Counted from the whole stretch's first letter, positions 1 through 15,699 are shown. The stretch is DNA of 59,452 bases, filler included, from Platydemus manokwari (GCA_037951405.1; 4 parts of 4 records of this genome joined end to end with filler, not necessarily neighbours in it); one strand, 5' to 3'. Program-made: numbers and translations. Notes: generated by a model from the sequence alone, not told the origin.

Positions 1-46
1 ATAATAATAATGATAATAATAATAATAATGATAATAGTGATAATAN
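1..46. repeat. (AAT)n microsatellite at a gap edge
   Basis: Direct inspection. Confidence 0.9.
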
Positions 47-699
47 NNNNNNNNNNNNNNNNNNNNNNNNNNNNNNNNNNNNNNNNNNNNNNNNNNNNNN
101 NNNNNNNNNNNNNNNNNNNNNNNNNNNNNNNNNNNNNNNNNNNNNNNNNNNNNNNNNNNNNNNNNNNNNNNNNNNNNNNNNNNNNNNNNNNNNNNNNNNN
201 NNNNNNNNNNNNNNTAAAATAAACGTCATCGGGTTTATGAACAAATAAGAATGTAAGAAAAACAGTGAAATACTGGAAATTAAAAATCGGTATCCAATTA
301 ACGAAAAAACCTAAAATAAACAAAGAAATACCAATCAATAACATCAGTAGAAAAATTAGTATGTAAATTCAGCTCATAACATTCAATCATTAAAAATTTC
401 AAATCTGCGAGAAACCAGGAGCTGTAATCACTGATTTCAATAAGATACAGATTTAGATTTTTGAGACGCTATTATCAAATTTCAAGAATAAATTTTTAAT
501 TTCTAAGTGTAATTATCGTAGAGGGATATTTACTGAATTTAGATTGAGTAAATATTAATTAGTTCAAATTTCCCAGCACTATCATAAGCAACTTTTAATA
601 TTAGTAAAAAGCAAAAATAATTTAAAAAATATTAAGATTTATTATAATGTAACGAAGGGTTGTACAAGTCCTCAAGTCGTCTTTTAAATTGAATTATTA

Positions 700-3600
700 G
701 GATTGATATATTTGATATTCTGGTTCTAGATTTCTTCATTTGAAGTCTTATCGTCTGCTTTGCAACATTGCCGAGTAGCTCTGTAATATATTTGTTGTTT
801 TGGCTGGCTAGTGGTACTCGTATGAGCCTTGCATGTCACATAGGTATCTCTTAGCAACGTCATTATTAGGAACCACGAGATGAAAGTGATTTGATTTTTG
901 TCGAGTCCTATATTCGAAAGAACCATATCATTATGAGGGTTCCAAAACCCGAGTACACCGATACAGATGACATCGAGGTGAGTTCCAAATTTCGATTTCC
1001 TACAGATCTCTTTGGCAATGGTTCTTTATTTCTTAATATTGAGGAAGTATATTCTGGATCTATAGTCTTATAATCTCAGAGGTCATGCCGTCTGACTCAC
1101 TGATGATTAGACAATTTTTGGAATGTGTTTGTAATATCTGCAATTGTGATTTCTTTGAGGTTTGAGTTGTCCTCTTGTCGAGGTAGGAGAGAATTCCGAT
1201 GGTAGTGGTGGAGTAGCTGGAATTGTGTAATGTGCTATGATCCAAAGGAGGCAGAGATGTTGGTGTTGAGGACAGAAGAATACTTCAAATTATCTTTTGG
1301 AGCCCTCTTAGAATTTTACTGCGAAGTTTGGAATTTGAAGATATTTGGCTATTGAAATATAGTACTGAAGGTTTGACAAGTTTCCTTGCTTAAATTCCAG
1401 AGAGTTCGACGATAGACAAGGCTTTCCTGACAATAGGTAGTATTCATGTGAAGTCTGGAGAATCATTCTTTAGCAGCTTGATAGATTCCAACAGCAATAG
1501 ATGTGTCATTTGAACTACAGCTGGTTCACTGACCTTTGATGTTTTGCGGAATAGTAAAATATTGGCCAAAGTTCGATTGATGTTATCACGAAACTATGGA
1601 AAGACTGGAGAATGAAATGTAGTAGAACCAGCTGCATAATCGAGAACACGTTGAATGATAAATAAGCCACAATCATTTGAGTTTGTTTGCTTTAGGAGCT
1701 CAGCTATAATGGACTTTTGGAATGATTATGTTTCCTTTATTGCCTGCGAATTCTATAAGAGATTGTTCAACTTTGTCCACAAAGTTTTTTGTTCATCTCA
1801 TAAGAAGATGGTGGCTGGATCAATATAATCTTGCTTAGAGCGTATACTGTCTGCGATGTAGAGATTCCAATGATTTCAATTCCAATGAATAAACCAATCC
1901 AATGATGACAACTTCTGGAATGCAAAAGAGTGGTAGAATATTTCGAAGTCTTGGTTGATGAAAATGAGGTAGGTGGAGTTGGATAGTTTTGTTAGGAGAT
2001 TGGCTTCGATTGAGACTGAAGATCTTCGTGGTTTAAAGAAATACTGGTGATTTACTGGTTTGTTTGTATGATTTCAGGGCTGGTCCAGATGTAGTTTAAA
2101 GGGTGTTGCTACTCCGATGAAACCACGATAACATCAGACATTACATTTATGGTGGCAAAATAACATCATGAATTTATAGGAAGTGCTTAGGTACAATTGA
2201 CTTAATAGTAAATGGAAATCTATAGATCTTTGAACATAAATTACACTGGGCATTACGATATTCGATTAGAGACACGAATGAAGAGGTTGTTGGAGATCCG
2301 CCATATACTTCCGATACGATTTGGTTGAGAGAAATGTGATCAGTTTGGATGTTATAGGTTGATATGTTTGGTTTAAGTTCATCATCAGATTTTTCTTCAT
2401 TGTAGACAGTATCGTTTGTAGTTTGAGTGAAGGTCCCATAATCGATTTCGATATCGGGCAGCGAGGAAACTTGATATGGAATGGGAGTATGATTGGGGGC
2501 TTGTTCAAGGTTGGTTGGAGTGGAGGGTGGTATGGTATCAGTTTGATGTTCTTTGTCTACGAATATTAGGCCTGGAAGGGAGTTTTATTAATTGATCATT
2601 GATATCAGGTGAAGCTGGGTCTGGACTAATTTTCTAATTGGTTGAGATATGACTTGGAAAGGTGATTAGGGGCATGCATTTTGTTGAATTTTGGTAACTA
2701 AATTTATTGCAAAAAGGGTGTTGAAGTTCTTCCATTTAGAGCCTTTGACTTCAAATTGAACAGTTTTGTAGCAAGTGGTGCTTGAGCACAGAAATAGGGT
2801 ACTGATGTAAAGGTGTTGGTGTGCTCTATCTTGAAATTTCGGTTGGAATCTGAAATCACATTTTATTTTGATGCTACCTTCGATGATTGGAGACTTGCAT
2901 AGGAGGTCGGATGATGGTAGCGCAATTTGGTCAGTTATTAAGTCAAAAGAACCATTCAATACTTTAGAGAAAAGTTTTGCACAGAGACTACATTTTTGTA
3001 TTGAGAGTTTGACGAGTTGCTAGGCTTGGAGACTTTCTTGGAGGCTTTCTTGAAGAATAGGTATTGATAGTGAATGGTAAAAATTGGTAGGCCAGAAAAG
3101 GTTTTCACGTAGTTTTTTATACATTGTTCAGTTTTCAGTGTTTGCTTATTTTGGGTTGCTTCTTGGTACATTTAGACTCTTAGACATAGACTTGATCAGG
3201 TGAAAAGAAGTGATTAAGTGTCGTCGCGTATTGTTGGCAATTAGGCAGGTACAGGATAGAGAATTCAGATACTTGATGAGTAATTAGAAGTTGCTTAGGT
3301 TAGGCCCACTTTTTCTTATCTTGGTTGAGTTGCTTAGATCAGGAGATTTATAATTCATTGGATTGATAGTCTCTAGGACCGAGTGGTTAATCTTAAACAG
3401 GTTTTGGAACACTGGTGGTTATTGATCATGTGGTGTCGAAATTTTGGTAGATTTTTGGTTTTGTCTTGTTCTAAAATTGAGACATAAGTTTGATTAACAT
3501 TTCAACGGTTAACAGGTTGATAGTGTCTTTATGAAAAATTGGAGAACGCCATTGTCCTGTGACATAATCGTTTTTAAGAAAAAGCTTTGTAGATGCTAGG

Positions 3601-3800
3601 CGATTTGTTTCGAAGATCTCTTTCTTGTGATCGAGTAGAGCCGAGTGGTTTTCGTGAGGGTAGGTATGAGTAGGATTTGCAGTCTGCAGGAGTGGCCTAT
3701 TTCTCTCTTTTGAATTTGTTACTTACATGAATTTAAAGACAAGTGTGTCTAGAGCTCATCTTGACACAGATCTTACTAGTAACATAGGCAAACGTTTTCT
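700..3800 (-). mobile_element. Highly degenerate NeSL-like element 5' part with a Ulp1/C48 cysteine protease relic
   Basis: Minus strand gives NHWNLYIAD...YIDP (His codon at 1872) and KQTNSNDCGLFII (DCG at 1674-1666) in the same frame, with stops in between. Cys/His zinc-finger-like remnants lie upstream and a weak RT-start similarity near 800-930. Boundaries are approximate. Confidence 0.6.
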
Positions 3801-6800
3801 TGAAATAATTTATTTAAAGATTGATGAATTTGTAAACTTCTCAATTTTCACTTTAAGTTAAACTTCATTAGTATTAAAAAGAAAGAACAAATACGGTGCT
3901 TTAAAATTTAAATGTATGTTGTAATCTACTCAAAATTGTAAGAATTGGTGTTTTGGTGAGGATGAAATTTTTATATTTCAGGTATAGTTTCAAAATATTT
4001 AAAGCTAAAATCATTCGGATATAATTAATTCCGAGTGCTTAATATTCTAATTTCAGGGAATTTTTCAAAGTTTAACATTTTTTTTACTAGGTAAAAGTTA
4101 AGTTTTTCTAAATTATATTTATAATTACGAATAGTTAACGAAATTAAAAATAAAATTTTACATTTAGCTTATGTAATCTGATTTGTTTATATTAGTCCAA
4201 ATTCATTTATATAAGCGCTTTGTTTTGCTAAATTTTAAATCTGATAATTAATCAGTGATCTACCATTTTAAGTATGATTTTATTTGATTTTCTTACATTA
4301 TATATGTATTTTGTTCAAATGATTTAAAGACTTTATTACGCAATTGTTTTAAATCTAGAAATTAATTTTACATTAGTTATATTTGAATGAATTTATCAAT
4401 CAAATTTTATTGCGTTTTTTCAATACAAAATTACATAGTCTATATTTCATGGTTGAATTTATCAAATTAGCAAATATACTTCGTCAAATATTGATGAATG
4501 ATTATATTGTTTGTCATTCGTCGCTTTGATTTATAAAACTGTATCAGTATTCTAACTGTTCGGGAATTTTTGCTACGTTAATTCTTTTCTGAAAGATTCG
4601 TGCTCTTGAATCGTATCTGGAAATTGCACAAATTATGAAAGAGACGACTGCTTATGTGGTCATGATTAAATACGGAGTTCCTGTTGAAATCCTTTTTATT
4701 ATAAATAAATAATTAAACACCTAATTTATGTAATTTTAATCATTTATTATTCATTTTATTAAATTCTTTAGATGAGCAGTGATTTCCTAAGATTTGAGTA
4801 TAAGGCTATGGTAGATTCTGATTGCATAACATATTTATTAATTTAATTAGTTTCTATGAAAACTCATTTTATCTTTCAAAGAAATACGATTATACCATGG
4901 AACACCTCATAAAATTCTTAATTAATAAGTAGCACTGGTCTCTTTTTTGGATGGTTTAGTTATTGATGAAAATTATATTGACGATGCATCTTATTCCGAT
5001 TGTGCTTGAAGTTGTATTTTAAATTATATTTACACTTAACATATGAATCTTTTCAGAATATTAATAATTGCCTTAGATATTTCATCTTTAATCTAGTACA
5101 CTACATCGACTTTACGGAATGTGATGAAAATTGTGTTTCATTACTGAAGATAAATTTGTAAATCAAATCTCATTTGCAATATATTTGAATTCTATGTACT
5201 CTGTGAGTACCAAGGAAATTCAGAAAATACTTGATAACGAACTAAAAATTTACATACGGTTCAAGAAATTCACAATGTTTTATTCCAAAAAGTTAATTTT
5301 TAAAATTTTCTTCTAATCTAGGACTATTTTCCAGTGTAAATCTAATCTCCTGGTATTAAATTTATTCTTCACATCTACTACCAGAATACTATAATATATG
5401 TATGGATATTATGATAGTTTTTCCAATAATTTTGACAATATTTTCTTATCATATTTATCTCATTCCACAGCATAAATATACATAACATCGTGTGATGTAC
5501 GTGAATACTAGTGAGTTTATGATCACTCCCGATTGAAAAATATTAATTTTTTAATATACGGGTTCATTTTTTCCACCATGGATCGTCAGAATCTAAAGAC
5601 TGATCAAAGAACCACTCGTCCAACTCGCCATAATTTATTGATATTCATTCTTTTGGTGAGATAATTATTTGTTGTATATAATTAATGAACAATGTTACAA
5701 GTTGTATGAATAAAAATTGAAATGAAATATCAAATATTCAATATTAATATACCACAATAGTTAAAAGATTACACAAATTTCCAATATTTATAAGTTGTTT
5801 GTTAATTATTGTAAGTTTTATTTCGATGTATATTACCATAAAAGAACATTCTAGATCACCAGTTGTTGTTAATTTTAATATTTTTATATTAATTTGATTT
5901 TAGTTGGATTGAATTTAAGATAATGTTTCTATTGAAAGTTGTAAAATAATAAAATAGACGAATAAAATAAATTTTTACTTTGATTAATAATGATTTACTT
6001 CTGAGTAATTGAATTACAAAAGAATAAGCAGAGATAAGATTTACCAATCTCAAAGACTGATAATATATGAAGGGTTGTCTCAATTTATATATTTGGGTCT
6101 GTCAATTTGATATTTGGGGTTTTTGATTTTTATTTGTTAGGACTTTGTTCGTAAATTTTTTTAGTAGATTTTTTCATACCTTTCATATCGTTAATGCATT
6201 TCGTTACTTTTTGTAGGTGTGTACCAATTTAAAAATGAAAATCAATCAGTCTTGATTTGAAAGCCTCTCTTGGTTACGGGGATATGTGCCCGTCATATAT
6301 ATGCATATTATTTTTCAATGGTTTTGATCAGGATTTCTGTTCCAATTTGTCTCACATTCCATAGTTTTCATGCACATAACATTAAGCCTTTCATGTTTTT
6401 GAAAATTTATTTTCTTGTTTTAATTTTTGTCCTGTTAGTGTTTGTTCATGTCGTCAAGTAACCTTCGGTGAATTTAATATCGATTTATTCGACTATATCG
6501 TTAGTTTTTGCAGTATTTTACATATATCCTTGGATCAATAAGTGAATTGATTAGTAGATTATTTTTGTGATCTATAGTAGTCATTGTACAAATGTTTGTT
6601 TTAGTGTATTCAACTGACCAAAAGTCTCAACATATTGTGCAATTACGAATGGTTATGTCGTTTTGTTTAAGGTTACTTGTAAAGCTTAATGAAAGGTGTA
6701 AAAACTTTAGTTTTAGTAATAGATATTTATATAATTTTGAATCTATATTAAAAAATTGAAGATATCGAAATGTTGACTGTTTATCCAGTTAGTATTTATT

Positions 6801-9800
6801 CGATTTATTGTAATATAAACCTGGCATAAAAGTATTACAATTATTGGAGATATTTATTTTTCTCGTATAGGGTTAAAATAACATGTATTTGGTAATCGAA
6901 CTCTCCTGTTGAGTTTAAAGTTTCTCATTGTGAACTAATCATGGATCTATTATTTTATTATTTTCGAATAAGCTAACGCACATTTGAACTTCAACTGAAA
7001 ATTTTGGTTGTAAAATTCTTTCAGGAATGTAGCTGTACAATTATAAATAAATATATTATTGCAATTCAAAGCTCCAGTTCCGATAAATTGAAATTTAGTT
7101 GAAGACATCAAGGTAATGATTCAAAATTCTATATTTTAATTAATTGAGATTTGAAACTTCTCTTATTTAAAAATCAATGTTGATATTTTTCTACTATGTA
7201 GCAATTATTTTTTCTTTTTTAAAAAGTTTTTGTTTTAATCGTTCTACTTTATCTAAATATGTTTCTAAACTTAAATCTTCGTTTTTAGATGATTATTAGC
7301 TTTTATGAGATTCAATATTTTCATCCAATAATTCATGTCATCATATGAATTAAAATTTATCTAATTGATAACTGATTCTCTATTTCTTTAACAATTCATC
7401 TTTAGTAAAATTTTATTAATCAAATCAAATTAAATAGTCCACAACTATATTTTTTATAAAATAACCGATTTTCTCTTTCATTAACATTATAATAAAATTT
7501 GCAGGAATTGACTAATGTTTCATAGGTGACATAACATTTGTGTAGTTTCCCTCATACATTATTAGAGTATCATTTCGGGGTTATGATAATTCCAAATGGG
7601 GTAAACTTTGTTCCTTGGGATATTATTCTTATTAAATCCCATATACAGTGAAAAATGTTATTCATACCAACGATACATAATAAATCAAAATCACTACGTT
7701 AGAATAAGGTTCAACAAAATGTCAAATCACAAGTGAGTTCAGTACTGGAAAGAAGGAAAAGATAATTAAAACTTTATCAATCATAAACGCTGAAAATTTC
7801 ACGGGTTATATAGTTTTAATCTTGTATGTATCGATCAATGTCTTGTGCATTAATTTTTATTTGTTCAAGATTTATTTGTCCTAAAGGGTTTTCACTGGGT
7901 GTTTTCTTCATTCTTCACTGACATTTGCCCATCTGATAGTTCGTTCTTTCCTGTTGGCATAGCTTGATTGAAGTGCAGATTTAAATTCTAATGATTTCCT
8001 ACCAGAATAGTATGTATTGCCTGTCTGTGTATATCATTTTAAGGAATGTCAGTGACAAGAGAAGTAATTAGTTATGTATGCGAAAAATTATATAAGCTTG
8101 TTATAATTATTAGTGCGTAATATTTAAATTTATAGATGAGTACTTCCATGTAAAGGTAATTATTAATCAGAAATTAAATTAAATAATAAATCGCTTTATA
8201 AAAAGTAAGTCTACAGTTAAATAGCTTTAACTAAATTGAAAAGAATGCTTAATGTAATAATATAAAGCTAACCAACGATATTTTTAATTGAACAACCTTA
8301 TTATTGTTTTGATGATTTTATTTACTTTTTACTGGTTCTTAAGGATATTCGGTAGTAAGTATTGAGGACTGTGCTGTCGGCAATTAATTATTTAAATGTT
8401 CATTTTTATTTTAAAACTGATAATTAAGCACCAAGTGAAATTAAGATGAATGTAACCTAGGTGAAACACTAACGGAACAATTTAATTAATATTGAGAGTT
8501 CAATTTAAGATTTATCTAAAACACAATCAATACTTAATATGAAAATGTTTAGCAATTATGTATAAATTGATATTCTTCCTTATGAGTCTTTCGTGTGTTG
8601 AGTTCATAGCTATGTTGATCACGTTGATTGGGTGAATTATAGCTTAGTATTTTTTGTAGTAGTTAAGTTGTAGCGTGGTGTGCTAATCATTGACATTCGG
8701 ATCAACTATTTATATTCTTTTTAACGCGTGGGATGCGTAGATAGAATCTGAATTTATTGATGGAAAATTGTGTTTGGGTTTGATTTGAACTGATTGATGG
8801 AAGAGTGTTGCTTTGTATTATTTATTTTAGATTATTTACACTGGACTACTGAGGATGTACTCCAACACTTTTATTTGCTTTTTACCAACCATAAAGCTCG
8901 TATTATGTTGCAATTAAAACTTACTTTATTTACTTAGGAATGAAAATACGTTCATCTGCTTATAAAATGAACATAAATGTTTGTTGAATTGCATTATAAT
9001 CATATTGTAATAATCAGTCAAGGTTGTTAATTTTAATATCATTTTTATCTCTTGTAACTTTTTAATTTTCCCATTTTATGCACTCTAGCATTTTTTCACT
9101 ACTATTCTTATTTTAATAATTACTGTATTTATACCTCATTTCATATACTAATAACATCTATATTGCTTTTGATTAACTAAGTAATAAATTTCTATAATTC
9201 AGTCTCGAGAAACCGTGTTGTATGTGTAGAATTAATAGTGACCTGACTTATAATTGTTATTTATATTTTTGTCAGTTTTTAATTAAAATTTTATTTAACA
9301 AATAAATCAAAATCTACACTCAACTAAAATAATGTCACTTAAATTTTAAGATTCAAAGTTCAAGAGTCAATTAAATATCACAATGGAAACGGGATCTTCG
9401 AAAAAGGAGTACATAGATTTAAAAAAAGCTGTTAATTTCTGCCAAGATTCTATTTAATATATATTCTATTTTTGTTTGTGATAATTTCTGTATTATGTAT
9501 TGATTTCCATTTGTTGTAAATATCTAAACTTTTATAAAGGATTTGGATTGGTAATTTTTCTTTTTACGATATCACTGATCGTTTCTTTTTGTAGGTATGA
9601 CTTTAAATAACTGTTCAATTAATGGTCGTTAATTTGAAAATCTTTAATTGGTTGGTAATAAATGTACTTGCGCTTGTATGTATTCCCCTTGACCGGCTTG
9701 TTTTGGAAATTTTAATCAAGATTTTCTTGTGTTTTAGTTCAAAACCAAATAAGATTTTGTCTCAAAATCGTCTCAGGACTTTATATGTCGCACGGTGGAC

Positions 9801-10619
9801 AATCAAAATAATTTTTCTTGGATATTAAATAATAGAAATTATTAAATTATTAAATAATATTAATCATATTAAATAATAGAAAAATATAAGTTTTTGATTC
9901 TTCATTATACAATTCACGATCAGCGTTAGTTTTAATTTTGTTACAACTGAATTTTTGTAAAGATTATTTTTTAGTTAACTACTTCTATTATTAACAATAA
10001 AATCAATCTCACTATTGTTATCACTTATTTATGATAAACTTTATTTTATTATAATAACTATTGGATACAGACCACTTCCCCAAATAAGGCAGAAACAATA
10101 ATCCAATTTTTTTAAGTTTTCAAAAAATTTTCTATGAAGGACGACTTGTTAAATTAATAAACCAGCAAAAATAAGAATATAATTTATTAAATTTAAAAAT
10201 AGAGCATAAATAAAAACCTAAAAATAGAAACGTGTATTAAAAGATGTAAAAATGTATATAATAAATTACTAAATTAGAAAAATTATAGCCAAAAAAAGAC
10301 ATCAAAAATAATATAAATATGAATGATTAATAATGAAAAACGCTCAAAAATATTTTCTGAATTATTACGCCCAAATAATATTATTTCTATTTAAGAAGCT
10401 CAAGCAATTATTTATGAGAGAAAAAACAATATTCTTTGTATTACATTATTAATAAATCGAGATATAGTAGTTGTGCGGAAACTCACTCACGAGAAGAGTA
10501 ATTATTTTCTACAACGATATCACGATTGCAATTAAGAAACAAACATTGTATTTCTATTACAATCTGTTTAAATCGACGTAATTTAACCTATATTGCTTAA
10601 ATTATCACGAAAATTTATT

Positions 10620-11420
10620 TTATTTAGTGTTGTACTGTAAAAGTTTTTATTTCAGAGAGCTTTCTACCTGCTGGTTTGATGCCTTTGACAATGCGTACTA
10701 AGCATGTTTTGACATTTGTGTGGGAAGATTGGGTTTCAATAGCGTTAAGATTCAGAATTTTTCTTTGTATCTGACTGCTTGTGTGTTGTTGTATGATTGT
10801 TATTCTGTTTTTTATGCTGATGCGATACTTCTGCAATTCTGATATCTATTGCTTATGATTTCTGATTAATAATTGACAGTGTTTCGGGGTTTGATATTTC
10901 TTTGACTTGATTAGGCAATGCTTCAAAGTTATTATTTACTTCTTGAACTTCTTCCATTATAATTTCCGGTTCATCGTGGATGAGTTGACTCTCATTCATG
11001 GTTTACTTTGGTCCGTCTTGATCCTTGTGATTTCAGTAGTTTAACATGGCTCAGTCAATACTAATAGTAACTTAGTAAATGCTACGGGTTCCTCAATATT
11101 TGTTTTGTATGTAAATAGCCGTTTGTTAGTCATCTGCTGGCCTACCTGGTTGTAAATTTTTAAATTTTCTTATGTTCATTTAATCTCGTCTAGAGATACT
11201 TTTGTAGATCGCTATATATAGCTGACGTGGTATAGTATTCTTTTGTTATCTTTGCCGCAACGTTGACATTTGATTATTTTTCGGTCCTTACCTGTGGTAG
11301 CGTGACATTCCTTGATTCGATGTCCGCTCCTCTAACAAATGTATTGGTTTATGGATATTTAATGGTGTTTTCGACTCAACACCTCGAGCTCGTGATAATT
11401 GATTTATTGCCCTGTTATTT
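10620..11420 (-). mobile_element. Strongly deleted LTR-retrotransposon remnant
   Basis: Knuckle-like KCQRCGK (~11270) and RNase H-like EEPVAF (~11090). Locally higher GC. Confidence 0.3.
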
Positions 11421-12558
11421 GAATGGCAATCACGTATTATTGAATAACAAACTCAAATTATTTTTAAGTTTTATTGAAATCAAATTTTGCACTAATTAGC
11501 CTAAACTACAAATATATAAACAATAAGTGCAGTTGACTTACTGAAAACGCAAGACCTTTAAGGTCTCCTTAAGAATTTTAGGTTAAAGATTTTAATGTAG
11601 TAATTATTTTATATCCAAATATTTATTTGTTTTACCAAAGATATAAATTATTATTATTTTCTTTCATTACTAAGATTTAAACCCCGATAGATTGTATGGA
11701 TCACTTTTTCCTGTCGTAACTTTATAATTTACTTAAATTCAAATTTATGAAGTTTTCGCAAGTTTTCATGTTAACGATTTCTAGTTGTTTCACATCGACT
11801 TATATAGTAGTTGGCGTTGGTTACTTTGTAACGTAATTTCGATGAAAATTTTTGACATTTGCAAGTCTAAAATGATAAATTATTGACATTAGGAATTAAA
11901 ATTGACTAAACTTCTTTTAATTTTTTTATTTTACTTATTCTTTTTAATTTATTACTAGAATAAAAATTTTAATTTTATAAATAATAATGTATTTTACATT
12001 CTCAAGAAAATTAGATTGCATATTAACAAATATAAATACTGATAATTTGTTTATTTTTTGTTGCTTTTTTAATATTTATTTTAATTTCAAATTTTTTTTA
12101 AAGCTCATTTGTTTGTGTTAAAATTAACAATAATAGATAAATTATTCTGCGTGAATATTTGGGATCGTTCTACTCCCGGAAGCATAATAATAGACGTTAA
12201 AATCAAATTAAAACATTTGAACTTCAATAATTACTCAAATCAATAAATATAATAATATTGGTCATTTAATAATTAAATTATTTATTTGATTTGCAATTAA
12301 TAATTACTTGACTTGATTATCAATATACATTGTATTTAACAATTATACTTTATTGTCAGTGTTATATTTTTATTAAGTGTATTAGTATGATTCCGGCTTT
12401 TACAAAAATGAGTTAAAATTTGTATTTCAATGAATACATTTAATTGTTATCATTTATTAATTGTAAGGTCATATATTAACTAATTGATAAACACATCTCA
12501 CTTTATTTAAATATNNNNNNNNNNNNNNNNNNNNNNNNNNNNNNNNNNNNNNNNNNNN

Positions 12559-12570
12559 TTAATTAATTAA
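12559..12570. other. Artificial scaffolding linker TTAATTAATTAA inside an N-gap (also 25080-25091 and 44760-44771)
   Basis: Identical 12-mer with stops in all six frames, centred between equal-length N-runs three times. Confidence 0.95.
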
Positions 12571-12614
12571 NNNNNNNNNNNNNNNNNNNNNNNNNNNNNN
12601 NNNNNNNNNNNNNN

Positions 12615-12686
<72 letters not shown>
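12615..12686. repeat. (AAT)n microsatellite at a gap edge
   Basis: Perfect AAT run of ~24 units. Confidence 0.95.
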
Positions 12687-12689
<3 letters not shown>

Positions 12690-14618
12690 TTATTTTATTG
12701 GTAAATAGTAACTGACGATGACGTAATAAATCAATATCATCAATATAATTGTGAACAAACATACATGCATATCCGAACCGTAACACTTTATTTATCAGCA
12801 TGTTAATCTCTCTTATATATCCTTCTTTTTAAAATCTTTTTCGATTCCGTATTTCTGAAAGTAGTTTTCGCATATAATTTATAGAATGCACGAATGTGTA
12901 TGTTTCTACGACGCATATATTAATATACTACATGAGCTTTTAAAATTAATAATGGTGTCAGTTGATATATATTTGTAAAAAATTTTATATATACCTAGCT
13001 ACTTAATTTATTTGCAGAAACTATATATTGACCCTTACAATTTATAATTAACAACATTTTTAATTGATTCCGATTGATATTTTAAACAAAAATCGATAAA
13101 GTCCGAATGATTTGTGATTTCCAATTTTAATAACTGTTTTTTCCAATAACTGTTGGTAAACCAATAAATCAAACATGCTAGTATAGATATTGATTGGCTT
13201 CGGCTTACCTAGAGGTGATGCATTTGATTTCTAAATGTTGAAAACATCATCAAATCAAGATTTTGTTTCATAGTAGTCAGTAAAAAAAATCAATTAATTA
13301 TTGACGAATAAGCAATTAGAGTGAGCAACATTATCAAACCTTTTAAATTCCTCATTACTTCAAAGCACTGCTGGTTATCTTACAGAAACTAGAAATATTA
13401 ATTGAGCCTAACCCTTTTTTATTAATTTAACTTGTTTATTTTAAAAATCACATTTAAAACACGAATATTAAATTTATTTTCTTGAAATTAGTATCGCACG
13501 AAGTTCTCTTAACATATATATAATATGATAAATGTGAAATGGTTAGAAAATTGATGCATTAATCTCATACAACATTGCAAAAATACCAAACTGAATTCAC
13601 ATTACTTGAATTTACATTTCATAAAATACATTATAAATAGATCTAAAATTATATATTTTTAAATTGAATTTTAATGCAAATATTTATGAATAATTTTAAT
13701 GTCATTGTTTTTAGAGTTGAAAAATATAAAAATTTCAGCATTATTATTAGAAAAATTTAATTAAAAACTGAAACATTGTTTTATAAAAATTCATTTAACT
13801 TGATAATTGTTATTAAAATTTAATTGTTTATTCACACTAATTATACAAATAGTATCTACTAATTTATACAATTGCATTATTTTATGAAGTATATTTATTA
13901 ACATTAATTTAATAATTAATTTTTGATTAACAAGTTTTATAATGAAAGATAATAATATATTTAATGAATATAATTTTTGATATATTTAGATTAAATAGCA
14001 TATAATAAATGAATTTATGATAATGATGATTTTGAGTTGATATCAATATTTTAGATTCATCATCTATCATCAATGTCTGAATCATTTTTGATTGATGATT
14101 TCATTATAGATGCATTTAACTTTTAATTTTCGGATATCGTGCTATGGGATTCATTGCTACTGGTGGCTATTTCAATACTAATTCATTCAGATTAATTGAA
14201 TAATCTGTATTCGTTCTGGTGAGTAATATTTTCAATTAATCAATAATTATTCTCTCCTATCATGTTTGAATGTCTAATTTATGAACTCAAGTCAAATGCT
14301 TTCTTCTGATTGCTGCTATTGCGAGTCCTGAATTGTCTCACATGTGATGTCCATTTGTCTCAAATTTGTTTTTATTATCGATTTCCACCCTTTTCCCAGG
14401 TAAACGTGAGACACTTGTGGGCCAAAACGTTGCGGCCATTCTTCTTTGGGTAGAAATCGTCATTGTAAACAACAACCATCTGTCCGACTTGATGTTCGCT
14501 ATTCGTTTTACGCAATCGCTAATTTTGGATTCGCGATATCAGTATTCACTGCATCACATGTTTCGCTGTATCGCGATTATCGGGACTGATTTATTCCCGA
14601 CTGTGTGCTTATTTCAAC

Positions 14619-14927
14619 TGTAACATTCTCATGTAATGTGTGCATGTGTCCATCATTGGTGCGTATTATATAATACGATTGTGATCAATTAACCAATGAT
14701 ATTAAATTGAGCCCCACCTTTGTCAATTTTATTAAAATCATCAATAATATTAATCGATCACGTATTAAATAACACAACAATGCAACTGTTTGTCAATAGC
14801 AAGCAAGTGAGATAGGGCAAATACCCTCTAGGCTAGTCAATATAAAAGAGCCTTTGATGTCACACTACTGTCGGTTTGCTCAGAATAAAACATGAAGTCT
14901 GTTAGTAGCAGTGACTTCGTTTGTTAC
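14619..14927 (+). repeat. Possible LTR
   Basis: TGTAACA start, TATAAAA at 14841, AATAAA at 14884, and an end TGTTAC followed by PBS-like TGGTG. No second copy in the window. Confidence 0.35.
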
Positions 14928-15699
14928 TGGTGTTGCATCAAAAGAACTCATGATTAGGATTTTCACAAATTTATTGATTTTAAAACAAATAAACATTATT
15001 CAAACAAATTTGGAAAGCTTTATCATTTAATATTCACCTTGATCAGGATTATAAATATATATAATTAATTATTTTTTAAAAATTTTAATTATAAAATTCT
15101 TTTTAAAACATTTTAAAACTTTTTAAATTCATTTAAAACATTTTATATAAAAATTTAAATTTAAAAATATTGTAAAATTTGTTATTTTTTAATTATTTTA
15201 ATTAATCCTCACAAAGTCAAAAAATCAATTTATAATTTACTCTCATTTAATGAAAACAATTTTCAAAATCTGTTTTATATTTTATCATTATTTATGAAAA
15301 TAACCCATTAAATTATCAATTAATCCGTTGATGTGTGTGTGTGTGTATCAATATTATCTCTCAGGAATGTCCCAGATTCCGAAACCTTTTTTAATGTTTA
15401 TCATCATTTACAATGTTTATTTTTGTCATTCAAACGATCATCTGCACCTTTTCTTGTTGCTAATAATATGTGTTATGTTTAACAAATGTTAATCTCAATT
15501 TATTTTGAAAATATATTTTTAACTAAAAAATAACTAATCAGTGCTTAAATCGATATTTTATTTTATTAAAAGATGTAATATTATACAGGAAACACTTTCA
15601 TGTTTTGAATCTCGACAACTTCCTATCGCATAAATATATATATATAAAAAATAATAAAAATATATTTAAAAAGGAATAGAAAAATAAATTATTTCATCC

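Noticed and set aside
6250-7950. Possible ancient LINE remnants on the minus strand
   Set aside because: Only faint motif echoes, not enough to call.
12559-12570. Recurrent TTAATTAATTAA motif
   Set aside because: Assembly linker inside gaps, not biological.
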